A stretch of 36,301 nucleotides of DNA from Sphacelaria rigidula (Eukaryota), in contig CAXNAA020000018.1 in the NCBI GenBank assembly GCA_964200075.2, positions 1-36,301 of the forward strand, read 5' to 3'. The notes beneath the pieces are model-generated. The model saw only the letters and a program-made list of their open reading frames with translations. It did not search any database and was not told the origin of the DNA. Position 1 is the first letter of the stretch, and each line of letters starts with the position of its first letter. The translations under genes were made by a program, and so were the position numbers. Positions 12,701 to 24,700 of the stretch are shown here, piece after piece.

Positions 12701-15700
12701 TGAAGCGCGCCTAATTTTCGCTTCAAAAAGAAGAGGCTCATGAGAAAGATACAAAAGTTTAATTTCAATAAAAAACGCGCATACGGAACAAAAGTCTAGT
12801 CATATCGAGGACTGTTTCGACGAGCAAAACTTACAGCAAGTTGGGCACATTTTGACGTTTCGCAGAGGCGTCCAAAGCGTGGGGACATGGCCATACCCAC
12901 GCTAATGTATAAAACTTGCGGTGTGCGCCTCCTGCGTGCCTGCCTTTTCTCACCATTGCCACAGCGCCTCGCCGGTACTCGGGAAGGAGCAAGACAAGAT
13001 AGAAGGTGCTACCCAAACAGGCCGTTCATCTCAAGCAGTACATGGACTTGTGGGCGTCCTGTTCTCGACCGTTCGAAGAGCATATGGACCAGTGTCGCTG
13101 TCTGGTGACGTTACAGTTGACGCTGCTGGCGCCTTCGACACGTGTAATAGCGCTTCCGTAGTACGTGGTGGGGCGGGCACGGAGCGCGAGGGCGCCCGCT
13201 TCGACTCTATACCGGAGCAGCGATGTACTGAGAATGAAGGGTTGCTCATCCCTGGCTGCGGAACAGGATATGGTGCCGGGCTGCTCGATCTCGGTTTGGC
13301 CGATCAGTGTAGTACACTACTTCGAGAGTTATTCAAGGTGCGTTGCCCATCGTGTCTTGTTGCTACTACCGTGGATAGTTTGAGTGGTATGCAACTCAGT
13401 TGGTGGTGATGCATATGCAGGAAGGTGATCACAAAAGTAGGTGCGTGCCTTACGTGACTACGCTGCGGGATAAATAACATCGGCGTCGACCACGCGAACG
13501 CCGTTCTCTCAAGACATGCCCACTTTTGAGAGCCGGTTTCCGTATACTTCTCTCAAGGTATCTCTTGCATGCATATATAAACTGGACACGGACGCTGTCT
13601 ATCTATCGCTTGATCCATTTAGATGAACCACCCGGGGTCTTTGCCGGGTCTTTAGGCAGGAGACAGACTAATGCAGTGTCGTGAATAAACGCGTCTGTCC
13701 GACGGCTTGTGCTTTTCTATTATTTGCGGCGGGTGCCGAAGCAGGAAGCTGCATGGAAGGAACCAATCGCAAGGATGCTCCTGGTGTCTATTCGAACTGC
13801 AGCATCGAGCGTAAGGGAGCTTTCGAATGATACTACTCCTCCTACACCGACTGATCCTATGATATCTATGATACCCGCACCATCGGTTCGAGGGTTACGG
13901 AATATCATCTCGGATGCCGTGGGCGCCTTGGCGATCATCGCTAGCAGCTCAGGGGTTTTATACCCAGGAGCTGCGGTTCAATCCACGTAAGCTCTTCGTG
14001 CCACACCGCATTTTGTAGACGATGAAGTGTTTGTCGCATATAATATTGTGTCATGTGACATGGTAGCAAGAGTATCGTTTGCCCGAGTTATTCACCACGC
14101 CTTTCGTACCCCCTCTTGACTGCCCCTCTGGTATACATTTATTATGAGTGAACGTGATTGCTCAGCGTGGATGCAAAATGCCGGTGGATATTGATCTGCG
14201 TTAAGTCTTCAATGGGTGGCGAGAAATCATCCTGAGCGTCTCATTGGTCTGAGGGCCTCACTGTACCCCCCACCGCAAATTGTCGATAATCCGCCGTCGC
14301 CGAACGTATCAACAGGTCCGGTGCCCGCGGAACGGTTGTTCTTTGTTCAATTGGTGTAGCCCAGGCAGGAGTGGTGTTTGACGGGCAAAACGTTGAGGGT
14401 TGTGAGCGCCTGCCTGCCCGTGATCTTGAGGTGGTTGGAGCTGGCTTTCAAACAGACCCAGACACCCCCGCGCAGCCGGTTATTGCGCAGCTGCTGTCTC
14501 TACTAGGAGCGGTTTTGAGCTCGGAACAGGTGTCGCAAGCCTTGAGTGCCACGAACGCCGAGGAGCTAAAGTCAGGTGTTCCTGCAATGGCGTGGTCTAG
14601 GTTGCTCTCCCAAACCTTGGTCGCAGTCCTCCAGTTATCCGTGCACTGCAGCGATGCTGTTGTAGCGGCTTGCCAGGAGGGTGATGTGGTCGCGAAAGTT
14701 CTGCCCATGCTTCTGCGGGTTGCTGTCTGCCCCATCCAGCTACCGGCCCTCCTCACCGCACAGGTATGGTACTGAAACGCTGGTACGGCTGGGGTGCTGG
14801 GCACCTTCATGACTTCATGCCTACCCCGACTGCTGTTGTTATCTAGTCTATTTCAATCAGCAAAAAAGCTGCAGTTGAGATTCCACGGTTTTCTTGTTCG
14901 CAAGGGCCAACCGGTCTGCACATCAGCCACATCAGCCACGCCGTTTGCCGCGTTCGGCAATTTCCTGATAAGAGTTGTAGCTGACCGCCTTATACTATGT
15001 TCTGCTGTGTAAAAGTGTCAACTTTATCTAGATGTAAGTAGCGCACTGTCTGATTGTATATAGGTGTTTTCACTTGTTTGTGCCAGCAACCCCCAAATTA
15101 ACTCTTCAGACAAAGCGATTCCGTCTACCCTGAGCAAACTCGCTGTTTCGTGTAATCGCACGGTCATGTTTGGCAGGAATTTCGCCTGCGTTGGCGCGCG
15201 ACTCAAGCTAGGATGTTGTCTGCCCTGCACCTGGAAGACCTCGGTCCCCGCACATTGCAGCCAATTCAAAAGCGCCCACTTCCCCCACCCGAGGTCCCAA
15301 CCGCAAAAAAGGGACGCAACGAGGCGCGCACTCCTTCGCAGGAGTGCTACGCCTCGTCCCCATCGGGTAGTCGAGACACCTTATCTGCTGAGGAATCCCG
15401 GGGGCAGTCGCTCACGCATTTGCGCAGGCAGATATCGGACAGCCACCCTGCTTCCCCAGATCCGGCGTCAGCGCGATGGGCACGTATAGGGGGCAGGGGT
15501 CGGCTCATGGCTATGAGCGACGCACACAGAGGCTTGGGGCGCGGTTGGGGTTCATCGATGCACAGTAGGCGTGTAGTCGGGGCCTGGAGTGCACTGGACT
15601 GGGGAGGAAGAGGTGGGATGGAGGAAGAGGAAGATGCAAGGGACGGAGGGCGTCGACGGCTGCTACGCAGCGATAGCAGCCAAAGGGTACCTGTTAGGGG

Positions 15701-18700
15701 CAGGCGTGCTACTTCGGTAGAGTCGCGATTGGATTCCAGACGGTCTATGACGACAAGGCTTTTGCATGCGAGAATGCGCGGCTTTGCGGAGCCGAGGGAC
15801 GAGGAGACAGGAGCCTTGCTAGTGGAGTTCAATGACGGTACGGATGAGACTGCAACAGATATACACGGATTGGAAGGCGGGAGTGCTGGGAGCGCAGAAA
15901 CTGCCGATACGAGCCAAGACGGGGATGAGGAGGTGAACTGCCCTTACTGTACGAGATAATGTCTTTTGATTGCTGTATTAGTCTTGGAGATCTATGAGAT
16001 TTACTTGCCAAGTCAGGATCCGAGTATGTATTCAAGCCTGATTGATGCAAGCGTGTATTGTTTCTGAGTTTCTTGTTAGTTCGATTCACTTTATGCATTC
16101 CCGTCACGGATGCTTGCTTTACCCATACTGTATACAACACGTCGCTTTAGTTCGTGTAATCACCCTCGTTTCAATCCCGGCCTTCCGTACGCGTATCTGT
16201 GTGTTTTCGCCTGTCGAATGTCCTCGAGTAGGAGATGACCATGACGACTACCGGCGAGCACGAAGGCGTCGAGGCATTGCAGGGAGGGGCAGGTTCTCAC
16301 CGTGGCTCGGATCTGCTTTCGCCTGATTTGCCATTGTGCGTCACCAGCGGCCAAGGCGCTTCGCCTGCGATAGAACGGCAAGAACGATTAAAGCTCAAAC
16401 CATCATCATCGGGTTTCCCAGTTTCACACGTGTTGACGTTCGGGCCTGAGGTATTGGCTACAAGAGATGTGCTTAGCGCCCAACTGTCGGAGGAGTTTGG
16501 AGTTTCGCTTGCTACAGCCCGAGCAGCGTTGGAGATGCTTGGAGATGACGAAAAAACTCGGCAATGGTTCCTCAAGCAGGTGCTCTGATTCCTGTTGACT
16601 TTGGGAGGGGTCTGTCGCGGGTAAAACTCATTTTTTGTCCTAGATGGGCGTTGTGCGATCCGGCTGACCTTGTGCCTTGTTTCGAATATTGGAATATTTG
16701 AACAAGATAACAAGATATACCCCGTGTTGTGACAGTATCAAAATTGATGCATTGAAGTTTTGATGCAGTGCTGCACGCGATCCCCATTCCCGTCTTGTCC
16801 TACTTCCATGCTCGCACTCCTCAGGACCCACCAGATGCAGTTGGGCGTGGTTCGGGTGACAACATTCCTCCTGCAACAAGTGCAAATCAAGCAATGGACG
16901 ACGTCACCGTGGATGACGAGGCTGTTGTCTGCAGCCTTGCTGCTTCCGGAGGATTGACCGGCTGTGGTGGCGATTCTGCTGGTGTTCCATCAGCCGAGGA
17001 AGGGCTGAATCTATGGGAACCGGATGAACAGGAAGCGAGAGCTATGGTGTTGGACGTTCCAGCATTCACCCAGGTGTAATATTTGAGATGAATCTCTCTC
17101 ACCAGCACGTACGCTTTCTGGAACACAACATGCGGGGACCTTTTTTTCACTAGTTTGGTGGAGGTATGTGGTCGCCGTGTCTCTTCAACCCGTGGCACAG
17201 GCAAGCACACGCCGGATAACGTGAACATCTCACCTGTCACATTCCCTTCTTGACTTGGACAAAGTTGAAAATATCGCTAACGCAATCATCTCATTTCCTA
17301 TTCCTTCGCAGCGCGTCGACCTGCTGTGCGAGCACGATTTAGTGCCCGTCTTGGGTACTCCGCGCCCTGCTCCAGTCCTTGGGGGTGCAGCCGGAACGGT
17401 AAGTAGTAGCTTCCTGGCTAGAGAGGCGGACCTTCTTGCCCCTGGTAGCTTGTTGATCGTCACGAGCGGAGAAGGTTATGCTCCCGAAGAGATGGGCCCG
17501 TACGTTACAGTGGCTAGAGAAATGCCTCGCTCCACGGGGCACGAGCGAGGACAAGGTCACGGGACGGGGTCACGGGGGGGTTTGGTGAGAATCGCAGGCA
17601 GTGATAGCCAGGGGGCAAGCGGTAGTCGAACGGCGGGCACGTCGAATCTCTCAGGCCCTGGTGGGGCTGAGGATGGACTGGTCGTAGACGGCGAGGAGGT
17701 GTTGGTAGAGATGATGGACGCGGAGACGGGCTTGTGCCTGGGCAGGCGCGTACCGATCGGGGATCTAAGGCACTCTACGTCTTTTTTCGGGCGGAAACTG
17801 GACATGGAACAAACGACTTGTAAAAAGGTGCGTCTTTAGTTGAACTTTGCGTCATTTGTTTTTCAAATGAAGCCGAAAAAATGCGATTTAAAAAGTAACG
17901 GTGTTGGTCGTACCTGCCGTCAGGTCAATGTGTCGTTTCCGAGCAGACAGCTAGATGCACTCCTCGAGAAGGACGAACCACGACCTTCCACTCAACCCAT
18001 CTCCAGCCAAGATCGCTAAAGAATGCAGCGCCTATTACGATATCGGGCGGTGAGGGTCTCCACATAAAGAAAGGAGCCCAAGTCTCACTCGTAGTGCTTG
18101 AAATCGTTTATTTGACTTTCGGCTTATTTACGAATGACTCGTGTAACTCAAGTCAGGCTCATCGAGAGTGTTGTGGCAGAAACGGACGGTGAATTGTCGA
18201 TTATCAATTCTAGTCGTCTCCGGTGCATGAAGGCCTCTATACCATTCATGTACGTAGTCCCCTCATTTTTCTCGATGGTTGCTCGTGTCTGTACTCGTTA
18301 GCTGCTGCATGATACGGACATGGCTCTCTCCATACTGCGGGCTCGGAGCCTGCTGGTACGTCTCATCCACAGCCTCAACACACCGGCTATAGCTGCAGCC
18401 GGCGGCCCCCGGAGCCTACTCAATCTCACGCGTCTCCTTGCTGCGCAAGACCTTGCCAACGGCAGCGTTCCAACGTCCGTGTGGAGCAGCGCTGATAGTC
18501 TCCAAGGTTCCCAGCAGTTGGAAATCGGGTATGCCACAGGGGAGGTTCAAGGCACAGACCATTCAGTTTTGCAGCACAACGATAAGGTTGTGGGCGCGGC
18601 ACATCTAGACCAGGACTCCTTGCTGAAGGTGGGTATTGTTCAAGCGGGGGGTGTTTGCCAAGAAAAAGGACTGCTTGTGCATAACGTACTAGGGTTAACT

Positions 18701-21700
18701 GGTCGGGGTGCTTTCTTTTTACGTTCCATCTTGTCGAGCCTAATGACATGGGATACCCACGTTGGGGTCGATCCCTTGATTTTGGTTCTAGTATCGTCGT
18801 GTCACATTATCAGAAAGTAGACCCTGTCCAACCTGCCGTACCTGTCGTCCATGTTGTACTTTTGTTGAGTAAAGGTGTTGTGGAGCAAGGTGATGCAGTC
18901 GCCAGGGCCGTGGGCCTCCGATAGCGGTGTAGAGACCGCGAGTGCAACTTTGGGCGAGATGCTCGCGCAGGAGGTGCTGGACTCGTTCAACGCCTTGGCA
19001 ACCGCGCCGCAAACTCTGCTAAGCGGGGACGTGGGCCTTGGTAATGGTTATGGCTCAGGGGCAGTGCCAGTGATGACGGATACTCTCTCATCGACACTTG
19101 AGACAAATGTTCCTGGCAAGGGGAGCATTGCGCACGAGTCGCTGCATCCGATTTGTACGCCTTTGTCGTACGGAGGGCACATCGAAGTTGATTCCAATTG
19201 CTGCGGCATGGTGGTGAAGGTAGACTCTCGGAGCCGCACGTCTTCCGACGTCGTGCGGCTGCAGTTCTTTTCGTCCCCGGATGACATGCTGAACGATCGC
19301 AATCCCATACGAGTCATGCACGGGCACGTTCCCGATCGCGCGGCGAGGGCACGGGCAAAAGGTATGGAATTTTTCAAGATCGAGGAAGCCGATAGCACGT
19401 CGTTCGACGTGACATCATCCAGCCTCGAAGATGCTCTTTCCATTAGTGCTCTGGATCGAATTAATTTACCACCTCCTTTGGTGAGACATGGCAGCTCCTC
19501 AACAAACGCCAGCGCAAGCGGCGGTTCTTCCCGCCATCCGTCAGGCACTGCGCATCGAGTCACCTCTTCGTCGGAAGCCGCGGTTCGCGGTTTGTACGAG
19601 ACGCAAAGCCGGGGGGTGATGAGCCGTTGGGCGCGGGTAAAAGATGCGCCTGCACTGACGCAGAGTACCGCCTTCCGATCGTTTGCGTTACCAGGAGTAC
19701 ACAAGCTGTGGTTCCGGTTCGATGCGCCTCCCGGGGCTGAGAAGCCACCCCTCAAGATGGAGACCTTGGTGGGGTCTTTGGACAATCTTCCATCGGGAAA
19801 ACTTCGGGCTAACCTTAGTTCGTCGACTGGTCGTGACAATTCTGTGCACTCAGAACAAGACGAGGATCTCAGCCAGGAAGATATGGGCCTCAAGGCGCTC
19901 TTCACCTTCTTTGGCGCAGACCATGCAGAGGGCGGTGCTGCACCGCCAGGCGTTGGCCCTGGGAGCATGCTAAGGACCGAGTCTGACGAGAAGTCCAGCT
20001 TACGCTCCCAAGTTAGTCCTAACTTACCGGGTTGTCTCGTCGCACTCGATGGCATTTGCTTGACGAGGGGCAAGTGGTTTTACGAGGTAACAATTGACTC
20101 CCTGATGGACCAGGCTGCAGGAGATGACAATCTTGTTCGTATCGGGTGGGCACACTTGGAGCTTTCTTCGGCAGTGCAAGGCATGTACGGATTGAAGCCA
20201 AAGGGGGGAAGCTCGTCTTGGGGCGCGCGTGCTTCGGGAAGCAGGCAGAGAAACGATGATGATGCCAGAAAGCCGCAACCACATGAGTCGACCCGGACTT
20301 TGCAAGGGCACACCCTCGACTCGTTCAAGCCAGCAGAGCCGGCGCTGGGGTGGCTTTATCACACTAACCCTACCGAGGATGCCGAGCTGGCAAGAGCGGA
20401 GGCGGAAGCCAAGGGCGTTGGTTTTCCAGTTGTTGGCTCCGACAGTGGCCATCTAGCTCTGGGACTGGGCCGACGGGGGTTTGTCTGGGTTGGTGGACGC
20501 CCGGTGGTCCGTGCAACTCGTCGTCTGGAGCCGAAAGATGTAATAGGCTGCGCAATAGATGTAGGCTGCGGCGATGTTCGTTTTTCGGTGAATGGAATAT
20601 GGGCGACGGCTGTGCCCAATGACGAGAAGAGTCAAGTCACAGTCGGCACGTGCATGTTGAGCTCGGAAACGTTCAAGGTTGTGAAGGGCGTCCGGCCATG
20701 TCTCTCTGTGCGTGGGAGTGCATGTCTTTCCGTGAACTTCGGGGCGACCCCGTTCAGACACGCCCCTCCAGGAGATGCGTTCCTTCCTGTCATACTTCGG
20801 GATGTGCATACACAACCATCACAATCACCTGCGGAAGATCTTCCTGGTGAGGATCTGATCCGGAAGTACCCTGTAGTGTTGGTGCTAGATATTTCCTTGT
20901 GTGTTTCCCCCACCGCCGAGCACTCCTTCGGTTGTGTAGACAATTTGGGCAATACATTTCTACTTCCTGATTGAACCCACTCAGTGCCTTACTGCGCTTC
21001 CTGTCCCCACTTGTTCGAACCGTTAGTCACCGAGATGAGCAAAGGTGGCGGTGCGACAGAGTCTGAGCATCAGCGCTCGAGAAAGCCATCGAAATCGAAC
21101 ATGGCGCCTGAAGCAGATGCAGACATGAACTGGGGCTTCCGATTTGTCGTGGATCCGTTGCGCGGCGTTCCCTATAGAGTGATCCGTGATCTCGAGCTGA
21201 TTTGTCGCTTCGGGGGAAGTAACAGGGCAGGGGCTGCCTCCTCTGGCGTTGGAGCGCAGGTGGGTCTTGCTGTAAACCGTCGAAAAGCGCACTGATGTAC
21301 AATGTTCTCTTGCTTGCGTGCGCACTGGAGTGATCTGTGATCTGCTGTATTAATATAATTACTTCCACCTGTGCACAACGATGAGCGAATTCGTTCCCCG
21401 TGCAGCTGAAGTTTGTGTGCGAGCTAAATAGCTCGCTCGTTGCCCCCGTCGTCGGTTATGGTCGTGTGACCCGTTCTGTGTGTCGGTTGCATTTTTAATG
21501 TTTTTGCTTGCAGATTCTGTCCATTTGGCGGCCCAAGGCTCCTCCAGGGTGGTACAGTGTGGGTGACGTGGCTAGCCGTGGCTTGTTACCGCCTGCAGGA
21601 GCCATCGTGGTGCGCGCAGATACTACGGGCTGCCTGATGTCCAAGCCGGCCAAGTTTCGCGTCGTGCATCAGGATAAGAATTCGGGCTACATGGTATGGC

Positions 21701-24700
21701 GACCAGTGCCGAGGAAGGGCCAGGTAGGTTCATGTAGTATAGCAATTAGTTCACAATATCTCCTCGTGTCGACTAGTCTCGCAGGATGAACGTGTGCGCT
21801 AGCAGTATTCTCCAGCAGGGTGCCACAGTAGGGGGAGCCAGCATTGTTTATGTGCATAGATATGATTGTAACGCGTGACGGGCCTCGTCAAAAAAAACTG
21901 ATGATGACCACGAACCGCGTCTGGGTTTCATCTGCAGATAAGATTCGAATCTAAATTTTGTATTGGGTCACACTGTGGTGCACACTTGCCGGTTGGTGGA
22001 TTATTCGAACGGTTTGAGTATCAGGTATCTCTTGGAGACTTCGCGTGCGCGAAGAAGGCCAGCAAGGCCATCATGGCGGGTGCGGTTCGCTGTGTTGCAG
22101 CGTGGGCTGTAGAACGGTGTCCTGTTGTACAATGTCTTTGGCGAGAGGAGAAAAAGACAGGCAATCAGGTGGGCTAAACTCTCCAAAGTCGATTATCCCG
22201 GCAGATGTTCATACTGAGATAGTTGGAGGCACTGCTACCGTGCTACCGTCAGATCAGGGTACATGGTTCCTCCGCACGGGTGCACCAGGCATGTTGGGCA
22301 GGGCTGCGTACACCGCCGATGTAAGAAAATGCCATGTTGAGCTATGATGCTTCCTGGTGTAATATCATGTAAGCGGCTGATGAACTGACTGCAACAGGGT
22401 GTCATGCTTTTGAACCAAGAGACATGAAGGGTCACGGAGAGTTTTTTCGCCGCGAACAGTACAAAAGCTCCGTTGCCGTGTTCGACGACACGAGTGAGAG
22501 ATACGTGACGACGAATCACTCCCGACATGATGCCCCCTGTTTCTCCTTTACTCTCATGCTTGACCAGGCGATTTGGTCCGTGCAAAACGGCCTGGGGACC
22601 TTCTTCGGTTCTCTAAGTGGCGGCCGACTCAGCAAGAGGGAGGTCACGCAAGGTCCGCAATCACGTGCAGAGCGTCAGAAGCGCAAAAAGAAAAAGAGCA
22701 AGAAAAAGAAATCTGGGTGAGGCATATATATATATCGGAGTACCCTGCAGTCGGCGTTGCACTGCTCGCTTGTATGTGTCCGTATGTGTCCGTTCCAGCC
22801 TTTTGCTTTCGGTTCTGGAGAACCTGTCAGTGGTGACTTGGGCGTTCTCCGGATGGAAAAACCTAATACGGTTGATTCCAGTGGACCAAATATTCATGGT
22901 ACTCGCTACTGGTAGCTAGATGGGTACGGTTCAAGTCGTCGCCTGTTGCCTGTCGACTTTGATCGTGGTACAGCATTGACGTGGCGCAAACGCGCATATC
23001 TTTGAGCTACACGCCTCTGTCTTCGTCGTCGCCCTTGCCTAATTGCTTGCCTGTGACAGCGGTGGTGGTGATAGCTCCGACGACGAAGAGGGCGAACGCG
23101 TCAAATTGCGTCTCGGGGTTGGTGAGGGATGGGCTCTGCGTGGAGTATCGGCCTCGTGCATCACTAACGAGTGGCGTGAGGAGTCCGACGTCATCTCTGG
23201 TCCTGTGGCACCCAAGCGTTACCCCATATCACCCACTGCGCTCCAGTCCGTCGAAGCACCAGGGCCATCAGTATCAGGTCGGCAGGCTGGGAAGCCCCAG
23301 GACAAAGCTCTTCTCGATCGGGGTGATGTAGACGGGGTGTTGGTTGAGTCTAACCCGACCCCATCCGTGTCCTGGGCATCTTGGCTGCTGTCTTTCCTCC
23401 TCAACCACCCCTCTCTACGACGACTAGCAATGCGGCCGTCTCTTTTCCGCGCCCTAACATCGTATCTACGCTCGCCTAGAGCGCCTCATCGACTCCGCGT
23501 GGTTCCACTTCTCACACTCCTCATCCGCTCACACGCCGAGTTCGAGCATGGCCCTCCACCTCTGGAAGAAGTGGACGGTCTGATAGTGGCCGTATTGCAG
23601 GAGTGCGATAGAGCTACGCGCGGTCGCGGACCAGGAAGCATGGTGTGGAGAACGAGTGACTGCCCAGGTGGATTGCAGCTGGAAACGAGGTGGGCAAATG
23701 AGGGGCTGCTTCTTCTGACTGATCTCGCCATAGCAACTCGTCGCGCTCAGGACAGCCTAAGGCAACCACTGCAAGAGTGGTCACTCAATTCTCGAGGCTC
23801 CCGGGAAGAGAAATTCTCACAAACAGGCGACGAGCAGCAGGTTGGGACTGTTCTGCCGGAGGCGGGTGCGATAGGCATGAGAGCCGTAAAGGTATCCCTT
23901 CCACCGTTTGGAACTCGCATTGACGAAAGTCCTGTAGAGGAAGGAGAGGATGAAGAAGCCGATGAAGTAGAGCGTAGTCTCGCAGCTCGGCTGCTCTTGG
24001 GCGGAAGGCTGCTTGGCGCAGAGGACAGAGCACTGTTGGAGGTGGACCAGAGGAATGCCGTGTTGCCGGACGTCGCAGCCTCGACCCCACTCAGCAGCAC
24101 TGAGTTGGACAATGATGGTAGAGAAGAGCAAGAAAACAAGGCATCTATCCATTCACCTTCCCGTTGCCTACATCATTTGATCGAGATTTTGGACACGCTG
24201 AGAGTGCTGCGTAGCGGGTGGCCATCGCCGGGTGTGATGAGTGCGCCAGGAATTCCAGGCAACGGTGAAGACCGATCACTAGTGTCGCCAGAGCCAGTCC
24301 CCTCCTTGGACTCTATACTGTGCGAAGCATGGATGGACGCCGTGGGCCCTGCGGCAGTGATTGAATCGGAACATCCATTCCGAGAAGGGATGCAAGAGGA
24401 AACGCTATGTTTTCATGGAGCGGAGGAAGTGGTTGTGTTCCTAGATCCGCAGAGTTCTATGCAAGTGGTGAGCGAAGCACACCGCGGCGGTAGTGCACTT
24501 GCGTCCGCAGATGTGTTCATTTTTGCACGGAGTTGGATAATTTTCCGCTCAACCTTTTCTTCCGTGGACGTTCACTTTTTTCTGCCGTCAGTTGGTCTTC
24601 CTTAACGTGTGTGTCCCTTGATGAACGTGTTCACTAGGGGAAGGCCAATCTGGTTCTGGAGGGTAAGGACAAGATGGTGACCATCACCGGTCGGCAGGAG

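Noticed and set aside
19048..20073. 341-aa minus-strand ORF
   Set aside because: It lies wholly antisense to exon 27, is Ser/Ala/Pro-rich and has no recognisable motif; a shadow ORF of GC-rich coding DNA.
21899..22020. C/D snoRNA candidate (ATGATGA box C-like)
   Set aside because: No suitably placed CTGA box D with a terminal stem, and no recognisable rRNA guide.
1275..24605. Treating the long plus-strand ORFs (527, 699 and 520 aa) as separate genes or an operon
   Set aside because: Each is bounded by phase-compatible GT/AG sites and lacks a credible start of its own; motifs continue across the junctions.
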